Shown: one piece after another, positions 49,225 through 60,127 of the stretch
Layout of the letters: every line of letters starts with the position of its first letter
Position numbering within the stretch: position 1 is the first letter of the stretch
Assembly: GCA_043228905.1 (NCBI GenBank)
Contig: JBHGNT010000002.1
Coordinates: 16,926,001-16,990,000, forward strand
Length of the DNA stretch: 64,000 nucleotides
Origin: Azolla caroliniana
Lineage: Eukaryota > Plantae > Polypodiophyta
Reading direction: 5' to 3'
Notes under the pieces: model-generated
The model's database searches: none
What the model was told of the DNA's origin: nothing
The model's input: the letters and a program-made list of their open reading frames with translations, nothing else
Program-made: the position numbers and the translations under genes

Positions 49225-52200
49225 CTCGCCCCCTCCGAACCCGCACATCCTCCGGTATGTGCCAAAGTTCTCGATTCCCCATATCCGTCTTCACCCAAAG
49301 CTTCCTCCGATTCTCCCCTTATGTCGACTATGAGTTGTAATTCACGTTCTTCGCTTCCCGCATCCCCGTGGTCTTCGTCTGATTGCTCCTCGTAGTCGGC
49401 CTTGGCTTGGATCACATAGGGTTTGTCGTCGGTCCGCTTCTTGAAAATCTTCACCCGCTTCCCGGCTATAGGCACTCGTAGTATTGTTCCATCCAACTCG
49501 GACAGTCGGTACGTTCCGTTGTCAAAGACTTTCCGAACCTCGTATGGCCCGAACCACCTTTTCGCGAATTTCCGCATCGTTGTATGTTGATGGTCCAAAC
49601 TACTGTCATAGACGATCACCCAGTCTCCTTCTTCGATCCTCCTCGGTCGTAGTCGGTGCTTTGTGTCGAACCGGCTTTTGTTCCTTAATCGTGCTTCTTG
49701 TTGTCGGCGTATTGCTTCCGCTATGTCTGCCGGTCTTCCCTCTAGTTGTCGTATCCGGACCGCTAGTAGTTCTTCCCAGCTCATCTCTTCCTTCCACGGT
49801 AGCACTGTCCATGTCGCGATCGCGGTTTCCGTCGGCATTACCGGTGCTTGTCCGGTCATGAGTTCTGCCGGCATGTAACCGGTTATGGAGCTATGTGTCG
49901 TCCGATCCGCCCATAGTGCATACGGAAGCATCTGCGGCCAGTCCTTCACCTTTCCATCGCATGCCTTCGCAAGTGCTTTTACGATCGGACTATGTCCTCG
50001 TTCGATTTTCCCGTTGGCCTCCGGATTGTATGCCGTTGTCAGCGATAACCGAACTCCGTGTTTGGCGAAGAATCCCCTAGCTTTGTCCGAGTCGAGTTCT
50101 CCTCGGTCTGCAATCACTTGTCCTACGCACCCGTACCTGCAAAATACTTCCTCCAAAAGAAATTGGCATACCGCGGAACACGTTTTCCTCTGAAGCGCTC
50201 GACCTTCTACTTGATTCGTGAGATCTTCCCGAGCTAATACCAAGTATTTCTTTTGTCCGATCCCGGTCGGCATGGCCACTATGTCGACCATCCACTTGAA
50301 GTTGATTGTCGGTGAGAATGTCGGATGTAACTCATCTCGATGTCGAACCCCGGAGTAGACTTGACATTTCTCGCAGCTTTCGGTAAACTCCGCGATATCT
50401 TTGTACATTTTCTTCCACCAATATTTTTGCTTGATCTTCACAAATGTTGCCCATGTTCCTCGGTGTTCAGCCCAATCGGATTCGTGAAACTCGGACATTA
50501 TCCGGTTTCGTTGCTCTTTTGTCCCGACTACTCGAAGTGGTATACCATCCGGTCTTTTCGGCGCCCTCCATATTAATCCGTTTTCCAAGAAGAACTTTTG
50601 GACTTGCCTCTTCTTCCTTCGGATCTCGGCTCTTCTTCCTTTATCGTTTGTCGAGTCCTCGGCCTCTTGTAACATCTTTCCGATCATCAAACTTTCTCCC
50701 TCATATTCTTCTTCCCGAAATTCTCGGATTACGTTCACTCGGCATATGTGCTCCGACGCGAAGTAGTCTTCGGAAACTTCTTCATTATCCGATTCGGTTA
50801 TGTTGTCTCCGAACCGAGCCCTTGATAACATATCCGCTACCGCGTTTTCCTTCCCCGAGATGTGTCGAACCTCCGGATTAAGCGACTTGACATATGCAAC
50901 CCACCTTAGCATAGCTACATCTGGTATCGTACAACACCGCATCATCCCGAGTATCGGAAGACAATCCGTCTCGATCACCACTTCGGCTCCGATCAAATAA
51001 TCCCGATCCGATTTTATCGCCGACACGACTCCCCACAGTTCTCTTTTGACTTGTGCATATCCACATTGCCTTTCGTTGAGAACCTTTGCTCCGAATCGGA
51101 TCGGATACCGCGAACCATCCGAGTCGGCTTGATTGATGACCCACCCGATACCGGTTGGACTTGTATCAACCGTTACTATGATCGGTCGGTCGTAGCTCGG
51201 CTTCTTAAGTGCTTCCGCCCTCCGAAGTGTCTTCTTCAATTTCTTCATGGCTTTGGTGTGTTCCGGTTTCCATTCGAATTTCTTACCTTTCCGCAACAAG
51301 TGGTAGAGCGGGTCCGCTATATGTGCATAGTGCGGAATCCATATGTGATAGAATGCACATGCACCGAGAAACCTTCGGACTTCGGATGTTGACTCGTATA
51401 CTTCCTCCATAGCTTGAATCGCATCGATCTTTGTTGGTGACGGTCTTCGGCCGTAGGGCCCACATAGATGTCCGACCACCAATATTTCTTCTTGCCCGAA
51501 TGCCGATTTCTCCCCGGAAAGTGTTAGGTGCACATCTTCTAGCTTTCGCAACACTTTCTCGCAAGCATGAATATGGTCGACCACGAACTTTCGGCATCCC
51601 CGATCATCCATAGTCTCATCTTTTTCTTCGACCGCGCATCCTTTCATCGGAATGTCATCGAGGAACGGCATCGTTATCTCCGGAATGCAGTCTCGAAGCA
51701 CCTTGTTCATCGCGTTCATCATATGAGCAACCGAGTTTGTCGCTCCTTGTGGTAGTGTGCACATTCGGACTAATCCTATCGGTGTTCGCATGGTTGTGAT
51801 GTCTCGGCTCTCCACGGCTAGTTGGAATTGGTCATACCCCGAGTATAGGTCTCCGATGGAGTATATCGCACGACCGGCAAAAGCTTCCGCAAATTCGTCC
51901 ACTATCGGACCGACTCCCGAGTTCCGGATCGTGACCTTATTCACCGGTTGCAAGTCTTGGATAAATCGGAGTGACCCATTCTTCTTCGGAACCGTAAACC
52001 ATCGATTTGAGTACGGAGCAGTTGATGGCTCTAGAATCCCCATCGCCACCTTCTCCTTGAGCAAGTCAATGACTTTCGGAATATGCGCTCGTGGCACCGG
52101 AATCGGCTTCAGATTCCACGGTACATGGTCAATCGTAAAGATCACCATCGGCTCCACTATTCTTGGATCGACGCACCCTATCTCCCTTGATGTAAATGCA

Positions 52201-52679
52201 AACGCTTTGCCGTGTTGCTCCAACATCTCGCGAAACCGTTCTTCTTCTTTCTGAAATAGGAACCCACCTCCACCGATCCGAAGTTTCTTCCGGGTCTCAT
52301 TCGTGAAGGCATGTCCGATATCCACGGACTTCCGAAGTGTCGGATCTCCTGAGACTTCTTTCCTCTTTTGTTCGCTATCGGCGGGTAGTGGTCCCGCGGC
52401 CGGTTTCACCTTCTTCTCCACGGTCTTGTATTTCGTACTTACCATTGCTTCTTCTTTACGGAGCGTATCCGGCTCCATTTTCGCAATGATCTCGTACATC
52501 TCGACCGATTCCACCGGGACTACCCGGTTCCCTTGGCTTTTATCTTCCGCAAGCTCTTCAAGTCGTTGTAGCGTGCTCCCATAGAACACTTCCTCGACTA
52601 TCCCCACGATTTCTTCATCTTCTTTTATTATTGATGCCGACCGCAACTTATCCTCCACTTGTCGGTATCCTTTCTTCAA
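49182..52679 (-). CDS. Gypsy Pol (RT-RNaseH-IN)
   Basis: DLYSGYDQ, LPQGATNS, FLDD, VDTSPTGIG, CEKC, NPEANGKIERGH, GPY motifs; the frame stays open upstream to the slippery site at 52817-52823. Confidence 0.93.
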   Translation of the reverse strand: MKKGYRQVEDKLRSASIIKEDEEIVGIVEEVFYGSTLQRLEELAEDKSQGNRVVPVESVEMYEIIAKMEPDTLRKEEAMVSTKYKTVEKKVKPAAGPLPADSEQKRKEVSGDPTLRKSVDIGHAFTNETRKKLRIGGGGFLFQKEEERFREMLEQHGKAFAFTSREIGCVDPRIVEPMVIFTIDHVPWNLKPIPVPRAHIPKVIDLLKEKVAMGILEPSTAPYSNRWFTVPKKNGSLRFIQDLQPVNKVTIRNSGVGPIVDEFAEAFAGRAIYSIGDLYSGYDQFQLAVESRDITTMRTPIGLVRMCTLPQGATNSVAHMMNAMNKVLRDCIPEITMPFLDDIPMKGCAVEEKDETMDDRGCRKFVVDHIHACEKVLRKLEDVHLTLSGEKSAFGQEEILVVGHLCGPYGRRPSPTKIDAIQAMEEVYESTSEVRRFLGACAFYHIWIPHYAHIADPLYHLLRKGKKFEWKPEHTKAMKKLKKTLRRAEALKKPSYDRPIIVTVDTSPTGIGWVINQADSDGSRYPIRFGAKVLNERQCGYAQVKRELWGVVSAIKSDRDYLIGAEVVIETDCLPILGMMRCCTIPDVAMLRWVAYVKSLNPEVRHISGKENAVADMLSRARFGDNITESDNEEVSEDYFASEHICRVNVIREFREEEYEGESLMIGKMLQEAEDSTNDKGRRAEIRRKKRQVQKFFLENGLIWRAPKRPDGIPLRVVGTKEQRNRIMSEFHESDWAEHRGTWATFVKIKQKYWWKKMYKDIAEFTESCEKCQVYSGVRHRDELHPTFSPTINFKWMVDIVAMPTGIGQKKYLVLAREDLTNQVEGRALQRKTCSAVCQFLLEEVFCRYGCVGQVIADRGELDSDKARGFFAKHGVRLSLTTAYNPEANGKIERGHSPIVKALAKACDGKVKDWPQMLPYALWADRTTHSSITGYMPAELMTGQAPVMPTETAIATWTVLPWKEEMSWEELLAVRIRQLEGRPADIAEAIRRQQEARLRNKSRFDTKHRLRPRRIEEGDWVIVYDSSLDHQHTTMRKFAKRWFGPYEVRKVFDNGTYRLSELDGTILRVPIAGKRVKIFKKRTDDKPYVIQAKADYEEQSDEDHGDAGSEERELQLIVDIRGESEEALGEDGYGESRTLAHTGGCAGSEGASVVVYSTHYVKTIK

Positions 52680-52813
52680 TCCTCCGGTTACGGTCGTGTA
52701 CGTAGATGCCCCATCCGGACCGATTCGTACATGTTTTGCTCTGAGAGTTTTCTTCCTGTGTGGGGTATCAGGGCTTCTCGGACTATCACTTCCCCACTCC
52801 GCAACAGTCCGCT

Positions 52814-54877
52814 TTAAAAATCCATTCTCACTTGGGACAAGAGTTCCCTCTTGTTCCTTTCGTGATTTGCCGGCACCGTTAGGAATTGGACGGATTTCCC
52901 ACCGTTTTGGCTCCGAATTCGTGCAAAAGCCGCACCGCTATCGAGCACCTTCGTCTCCATCCGTGATGCCGTGATAAAGGGTTGGCCGAGGATGACGGAA
53001 TGTGAAACCTCATCTTGCACGAAGAAATTTTGGTCGATCTCGACATCCCCGATCTTCACCGTCACATCCGGACAAGCCGCAAATAGATCTTCCGTTGCTT
53101 TGGTGGCCGCCCGAATCTTCCATCCATGGTTGGTGTTAATAGGCCACTTCCCCTTCCGGTAGAACTCCTTGGACATCAAGTTGATCTCCGATCCGTGATC
53201 AATCAATGCTAGCACGGGTTCTTTGATGTTGCCGATTCGGACCGGAGTCTCCGTAGTCGCACGTGCCCAATGTGGCCTTGTATAGTGGGAGTTCGGAATT
53301 TCGTCCTCCGCTTCGGTGTCGTTCATTAAAACGGTGTTCGCATTCACCCTTGGAGCATTTTCCTCCGTACTTTGTCTTTTTCGCTTCACGAGATCCACGA
53401 GAAGATCGTGGAACTCCTTCTTTGCTATTCCGAGTAGCTCCCGAAGCGAGAAATCTACCCGGCTATCCAAGATTCTTTCCTCGAACACTCTTTTCAAGTC
53501 GGTTTGTTGTTCTATGTCCGAGGCGAGCTTGAATGCCGGAGTCGCCTTTTCTTTTCCCTTACCTCCAGAGTTCCAACTTTCCGGTATCTTCGATGGCCCG
53601 ACCGCATCCTCCGTGCGTCATCGTTTCTCGTCCACATACACCTTATGCAATTGACACAGGGCATATACGCTATTCTTGTCGACAGGGCACTCCCATCCCG
53701 TAGCTTCCCGAACGCCTTCCGCGGTGCTTCGGATCTCGTTGGAGTCGGTTTTCTCGGTGTTTTCTAGAACTTCCGGCCAAAAAGACGTCTTTGCTCTCGA
53801 TGACTCCCCGACACATATTCCCGCGGTTGTCGCATAGTTGCTTCTTGCCGCCAATTCCTCCTCGAGCACCTTCTTCATGCCGCCTTTCCGGAAGTTCGGT
53901 CGGAGTGGCTTCCGAGAGTCCATCGAATGAATCCGGTTTCCCTCGTAGTAGATGAGATCCCGTCGTAGCGCCTCCTTATGCTCGTCGCAATCCCTCCGAT
54001 CGTGTTCGGCGCTATCGCACCATATGCACCGTCGGTCCGTATACTTGGAGCTTGTGGGGCGGTCATCCGACTTCTTCACCATCGCGATCTTCAGATTCTC
54101 CATCTCCTTCAATAGTTGCTCCACCGTAGATGCATCAATCCCCTTCTCGGTTCTAGTCTCTCGAGCCCTCAGTTGATGGTCTTCCAATCCGGTTCTCGGT
54201 TTCGGAATCGGTTCCGAAACCCTCTTTTCCTCGTCGGCAAGCCATTGCCCCCTCTTCGTGTATCGCGCGACGATATCCCGCACGCTTTCCCATGTTTCGG
54301 TGAGGCCGCTCTCCGTGGTCGTGTCCTCCAAGAGCACTTCGAGATCTTTCCGGTCCCGGACGTCCACGGCTCGCAAGAACATAATCACCTTGTCCGGTAC
54401 GAGGATAGCTTGATCTCTCGCGGACAACCTCCCGAACCGGCTTTCGAATGCCGAAAACACATCAATGACCTTCAATCCCTTGTCCGGCGTCTCCACCCAA
54501 TCTTCGAATCCCCTTCACGTCGCCTTGGAGGAATCCTCGATGGCGAACGTCCTCTTTAGCTCTACTTCAAACGCCTCCCATGTCTGATTTTGCTGTCGTA
54601 GCCCATGGATGCTTGCTTGAAGCCTGTCGGTCGCCACCCGGTTGAAGGACGTCACTTGCAGTCCTTCCGATATTCCGCACCGTAGCATCTCCGCCTTGTA
54701 GTCCCGAAGATACCGCGACACGTCTTTCCCGTTGAATTGCCCGTTTCGTTGCACGAGCCGCTCCACTGATGCCGCTATCTCCGACATCGCACGTTGTTCT
54801 TGTAGCATGCGCTCGAACATCATCATCATGTTGCTAGCCTCCGGTTGATTTTCCATCTCCTTGCCACCCGTTTTCAC
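52814..54877 (-). pseudogene. Gypsy Gag-protease ORF with two in-frame TGA stops
   Basis: ORFs 54515-54877, 53618-54496 and 52814-53497 are all in one frame; CIWCDSAEHDRRDC knuckle; ALIDHGSEINLM protease. Confidence 0.88.
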
Positions 54878-54894
54878 GTCGGGTTCACCAACTG

Positions 54895-55601
54895 TGTCGT
54901 GCCCTTCGGCTCCGAATCGTTGCGTGAGTCGGGTGGGAACCGCCGAGGTTTTGGACTAGGAGGAAGAGGAATACAACTTAAGGCTAGTTATGAATAATAG
55001 GAAGAGAAGTAAGATAGTAATCTCGTGAATCCCACGAGTTTAGTGTATTTTAAAACAATATTTAGATTTTAAGAGTAATTTAGATGGCAAAATTCGTGAA
55101 TCCCACGAATATATTAGATTGATCAAAAACTTGTATATTAATCAACAACCATATACATATTTTTCTCCTCCTTATATAAAGATGGAAGAGGCTAAGCATG
55201 GCTTCATGCTTTTTCACCTAAAGTGTCCATGCACACTAAATGTGCATGTGATGCTTTGTCATTTTCTAAATATAGGGCTCGTGCACGCTAGATGTGCATG
55301 AGTCACTTTTAATGTCACGTGTAAATAAAATATTCACACTCTAAAGAATACATGATTTTTACCTTTTAATAAAGGTATGTGTAAATAAAGGTCTTATACG
55401 TATTAAATCTATATTTATAACACTAAAGATAAGTTATTACAATGGTAAAGTTGGGGTTTATCTACGTGGAGGTGCATGGTTCGAATCCTGCCCTATGCAC
55501 GTGATAAATTGTTTTGATATATTATTTATTTATTTATATGTATCTAAATTCGGATATATTATTTTATGGTTTTCACGTAGTGTGTGGAATACACTACGAC
55601 A
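54895..55601 (-). repeat. 5' LTR of the Trp-primed Gypsy
   Basis: Adjacent to the Trp PBS. Confidence 0.95.
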
Positions 55602-56393
55602 ACGGATCAACAAAATGATCCAGGAGAGGGTGACGGTAATGCTTCAGCAAGCCGGACTGAAGCTGGAATTCTACGCAGAAGCATTGCAGACGGTAGTATA
55701 CCTAATAAATCTGGTGCCGTCAAGAGCAATTAGGCTCGAAGTGCCACAGGCACTATGGTCAGGCAAACAACCAACCTACGATAGGATCTATATATTCGGA
55801 TGTGAAGCCTATGCGCTCATCCCCAGGTATAAAAGGACAAAATTGACACCCCATGCAACGAAATGCATATTTCTCGGTTATGGAATCGATGGGGAATTCG
55901 GATACAAGCTATGGGACCATTAGAACCGGAAACTGATCCAGAGCAATGACATAGTCTTCAATGAAGACTCTATCTTCTCTCAGTGGAACAAACAAAAAAC
56001 AGTTGGTAAAAAGGTATCCTTCCAAGATGACAAAGTTGTCGTAGAAGGACCTACTCACTGGGCCAACTCAGAGATTTGACAAACAGTCGAACTTGAACAA
56101 GCTGACAACATACCTGCTAACTCTGAATCGGTAGGAAGTCCATTAGTTGAACTCGAAGACAAATCCATCAATGACAGAGCCAATTCGACAAGAGTCGAAG
56201 CAGGCAAAGTCAACAAGATGCAAGTAGGAAACAGAACCTAGGGGAGGACAACGTGACACCACCGAAATACCGACTTGGGGGCGGGTCACCTAACAAGACT
56301 CCTGACACAAATGGTTCAACAAATACCGATCGCCCAACCGAGTTGATCGAACAATCCGAACCACTTATCTTGGCACCTAGTCTCATAGACATA

Positions 56394-58128
56394 TGCCACA
56401 GAGGAAGGTAGGGATTGAACCCAAGACCTCATGGTCTCTATTAGGCAAACCCTTTGTATTTAATTCAACTTCATATAGTGTAGATTGAACATTGGAAGTT
56501 CCTAGCTTACATGCATTCTCATTCTCTAGCTTGCATGCATCCTCATGCATTCTCTATTGCATGCATCCTCATGCGTACTCTATTGCATGCATCCTCATGC
56601 ACTCTATTTCTAGCTGGCTTACATAGCCCTACCCTCTTGTATAAATACTCATGTGCACCTTGATTCTAATCAAGGTGAACAAACTGTCATGGACACGCTT
56701 CTCTCTGGGCCAGCGCAAGCATGGTTTGCACCCTTGATCGAGACCTCATCCCCTCTCTTGGAGGACTTCACCGCTTTCATGGAGGAGCTCGAAGCGACAT
56801 TTGGCGAGATAGATCGGCGACGAACGGCACTCACAAAGCTTTATTCTGTCCAATAAGGTTCATGTCCTGCCTCGATCTATGCCTCAGAGTTCCGCCAGAT
56901 TGCCTGTGATGTTAGTTGGGATGACCAAGCCCTATGCGACCATTTCCGTCGTGGTCTCCGAAATGACGTCAAGACTCTTCTCTTAAACTTCCCGAAGCCC
57001 ACATCGTTGTCTCAGGTAATCTCCCAAGCTGTCCAGTGTGGCAATCGTCTTTTCGAACTTCGTCAAGAAGAACGGGGGACTCGCGGGTCTCAGGCTTCAT
57101 CTCAGAACGCAACAATCACCAGGCCCTACTTGTCGCCCACGCCAACCTTACCATCAGCCAGTGAAAACCATACCACAATGGAGGTCGATTCCCATACCCC
57201 GATGGAGATCGACCATGCTCGGTTCCAACCACTAACTAAAGCCCAACGCCAACATTGTCGGGACGATGGACTCTGTCTCTATTGTGGCAACCCCGGCCAT
57301 GTCATCCGCCACTGCTTTGTGCGAGGCCCTCGACACCAATTCCATCATGCACGTCTTGTGGAGGTTCCTCGACAACAGGAAAACGACCAAGACTGGTTGT
57401 AGTAGGAGCCATGCCGCTGGACGCTTCCCGTTACTCACCTTCTCCATGCTCCTACAAGTCCGAACTGCCATTAGGAGGGTTTTCTTTGCAAGTAAGTCTT
57501 TGTTTTAGTTCGACTTCAATACATTCTCATGCCTTGCTCGACTCCAGAGCATCTACTTGCTTTATCGATAAATCGTTTGTATGCGCACATAATATCCCCA
57601 CCATCCACACATCACAACCCATATCCGTTGAAGCGATTGATAGTCGGGTTCTCTCATCGGAGGCGGTTACCGAAGCCACTATCCCGTTGGTACTTCAAAT
57701 CGGGGCACACTAGGAGGAACTGACGTTCTACCTCATCGCGACCCCTCGACATCCGATTGTGTTGGGGCTATCTTGGTTGGAGACACACAATCCAACGGTG
57801 GATTGGTGTAGCCGCTCCATCACTTTTCCAACAACGCCAATTCCTGCTCGGTCACGACACTCTCTTGATTCTGTTGCGGTCGAGTCCGGTTTGGTCGCTA
57901 CATTGGCCATTGTGTCGGGGAACGTCACCGTTCCTGTCTCCAATTTACCCATCCAATATAGCGACTTCTCCGACATCTTCAAAAAGAGGAATGCCGATTG
58001 ATTACTGGCTCATCGCCCCTACGATTGCCCAATAGAACTCCAAGCTGGCGAGCATCCCCCATTCGGTCCTATCTATGGGTTATCCAACCCCAAACTTGAG
58101 GCTCTCTGCACGTATTTGGCTGAGAATC
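56394..58128 (+). mobile_element. Truncated chromovirus related to 37328-42994 (partial LTR, gag, protease, start of RT)
   Basis: LLSGPAQAWFAPL, PMEID, CLYCGNPGHVIRHC, ALLDSRAS, HRPYDCPIEL; ends abruptly in Copia F RYLRGT sequence. Confidence 0.85.
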
Positions 58129-58271
58129 AGGTACCTAAGAGGGACCGAAGATACACAACTGACTTTCAGTTTGACAACCTCAACCGAAGTTGAAGGCTAC
58201 ACCAATTCCGACTATGCTAGAAATACAGATAATCGGAAATCGACATCAGGCTATATCTTCACCTATGGTGG

Positions 58272-58683
58272 TGTCACGGACAAGTAGATGAGGCTCAATA
58301 CTAAGAGAGTGAGAGAGAGATCATAGACAAGATAATAAGAAAGAGAGAGAGAAAGTAATCAAGAGAATAAGAACTGAATTATGATTCCGTAACTAGTGTT
58401 GTTCCCCTTGACGAAGGCCAAGGTGAACCCATGTATCTATACATGTTTATGGGCTCTAAATGTAGCCCCATGCAAATACTCATTTTCATGCACAAGCTTC
58501 TAGAATGTTCTAGTTTCTAGAGCTTTCTGGAAGCTTCTAAAATCCTACATGTAGAATAGATAATCTACAATAATCTAGTAAGGTAACATGATTATGTATT
58601 GGATGTATTGGTTAAAACATATCAATTAAATATAGTAGTTCAAGAGTTCGAATCATGAGATGACTGTTGTCATGTCCATGATA
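58272..58683 (-). mobile_element. Solo LTR (Gypsy-type) in the RNase H region of Copia F
   Basis: Termini TGTCACGGAC/GTCCATGATA; TSD GGTGG/AGTGG; removing it restores TYGGGAISW; shares AAGCTTCTAGAATGTTC with the chromovirus LTR, which also gives the orientation. Confidence 0.8.
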
Positions 58684-59582
58684 AGTGGTGGTGCAATATC
58701 ATGGAGGTCGAAACTTCAAGAGTTTACGACTTTGTCTACCACAAAAGCCAAGTACATAGCGACATCGGAAGCAACAAAGGAAGCGATTTGGTTGCATCGA
58801 CTGTCTACTGACTTCTCAGATACAAGCAGAAATGACCGGTTATTGCCAACCATCCATTGCGACTCCTAGAGCGCAATACACCTCATCAACAATTCCGTCT
58901 ACCATGCAAAGACGAAGCACATTGAGGTGCGGTATCATCACATCCGGGAGCTCGTAACCGAGAAGAAGCTCTAAGTTCGGAAAATCGACACTAAGGTGAA
59001 CATCGTTGATTGCTTGACGAAGCCACTCCTAGATCTATGCTTCGGAGCACTAAGGACGAAGATGGGACTACGACAAGCGACCAAGTAGAAGAAAGCCGAA
59101 TGAGGGATAGTAGGTAAGACCTAATCGGAACAACTATATCTACACTTACTATACCTCTGCCGACTCGGCCGCATGCCGGCTGACTTGTAATGTAAATTTA
59201 GGATAATCTTGTAATCTAGATTTACGGGGGAGATAACCCCAAACATTTGTATACGAAAGAAAGAGTAGTCCTTTTACGGGGGAGTTTGTTGGCTGGCATA
59301 AAAGGCCGACTCCTTCCAACTTGTATCTGTCTGAGTGTGAACTCGTCCACATAGTTAGGGATTAGTATATAAGCAATAACCTAACGTTGTAAAGGCGAAC
59401 AAAAACACATTGTATCAAGTCTCTGTGTGTGTGTGAGAGAGAGAATGTAATAAAGCTTTCCATTAAAGCTCATTTCTGTGTAAGTCTCTGCCTTCCTCCC
59501 TTTCTGTGTTGTTTTCGGAGTCAGCAAATAGGTTCTCATACGCTTCTGCATATGCACACACCTACCAACTTTCCACAAGGAC

Positions 59583-59770
59583 TACTCCATTGCCTCCCTT
59601 AGGAGCAATAAAATCAAGAATCTCATCAATGTAGATCCCAAAAAGAGTCGGTGATGATAGGGGACAACCTTGTTTTACATAAATGGTGCTAGTGAAGCAG
59701 TTGGATAGGCGAGTGCAAACATCGTACAAGTCTCATATAATTTAGTGTAGATGGCCCAAAATCATGTCAT
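59583..59770 (-). mobile_element. LINE RT fragment (upstream half), split by Copia F
   Basis: Minus strand reads VKQGCPLSSPTLFGIYIDEI. Confidence 0.7.
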
Positions 59771-59995
59771 CTGGTATCTTCGAACTTTTAAGCCTATCAA
59801 ACAAGCGCTCTCTAGGGACGGACGGATTGTGTTCAGAGCTATGCAGAAGTCTTGCGAGCCTTGGTCTGGTCAATTAAGCATCCCAAGTCAGAAGAGAGAC
59901 AATAATAATAATAAGAGAAGCCCCCCCCCCCCCCCCCAAGAGCAAGAAAAAGGAGCAGGGTTTAAAAAGAGTGAAGAAAGAACCATAACTAAATA

Positions 59996-60004
59996 AAACC
60001 CTAA
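59996..60004 (+). promoter_or_regulatory. Telo-box (AAACCCTAA) upstream of the RRM gene
   Basis: Exact motif about 125 bp before the ATG, followed by a (CAGA)n leader; short enough to occur by chance. Confidence 0.4.
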
Positions 60005-60127
60005 ATAAAACCCTCAAACTCTTCTCTACACACAGACATACTCAGACAGACAGACAGACAGACAGAGACATACTCAGTACTCAGAGACAGAAAGGAAGAA
60101 CCACAGACAGACAGACAGACGGACGCC

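Larger units (their letters stand above)
48518..55601 (-). mobile_element. Full-length non-chromovirus Ty3/Gypsy (Phygy/Selgy-like), tRNA-Trp primed
   Basis: 707-bp LTRs 48518-49224 and 54895-55601 (about 9 differences by eye); 4-bp TSD ACGG; PBS TGGTGAACCCGACGTGAA at 54873-54890; PPT 49225-49236. Confidence 0.95.
46298..59577 (+). mobile_element. Degenerate Ty1/Copia element F hosting three nested insertions
   Basis: LTRs 46298-46582 and 59287-59577; TSD AGGAC; PBS TGGTATCAAAGC 46585-46596; PPT 59278-59284; gag, WLLDSGATFH protease, integrase split at 48517/55606, RNase H remnants 58130-59090. Confidence 0.92.
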
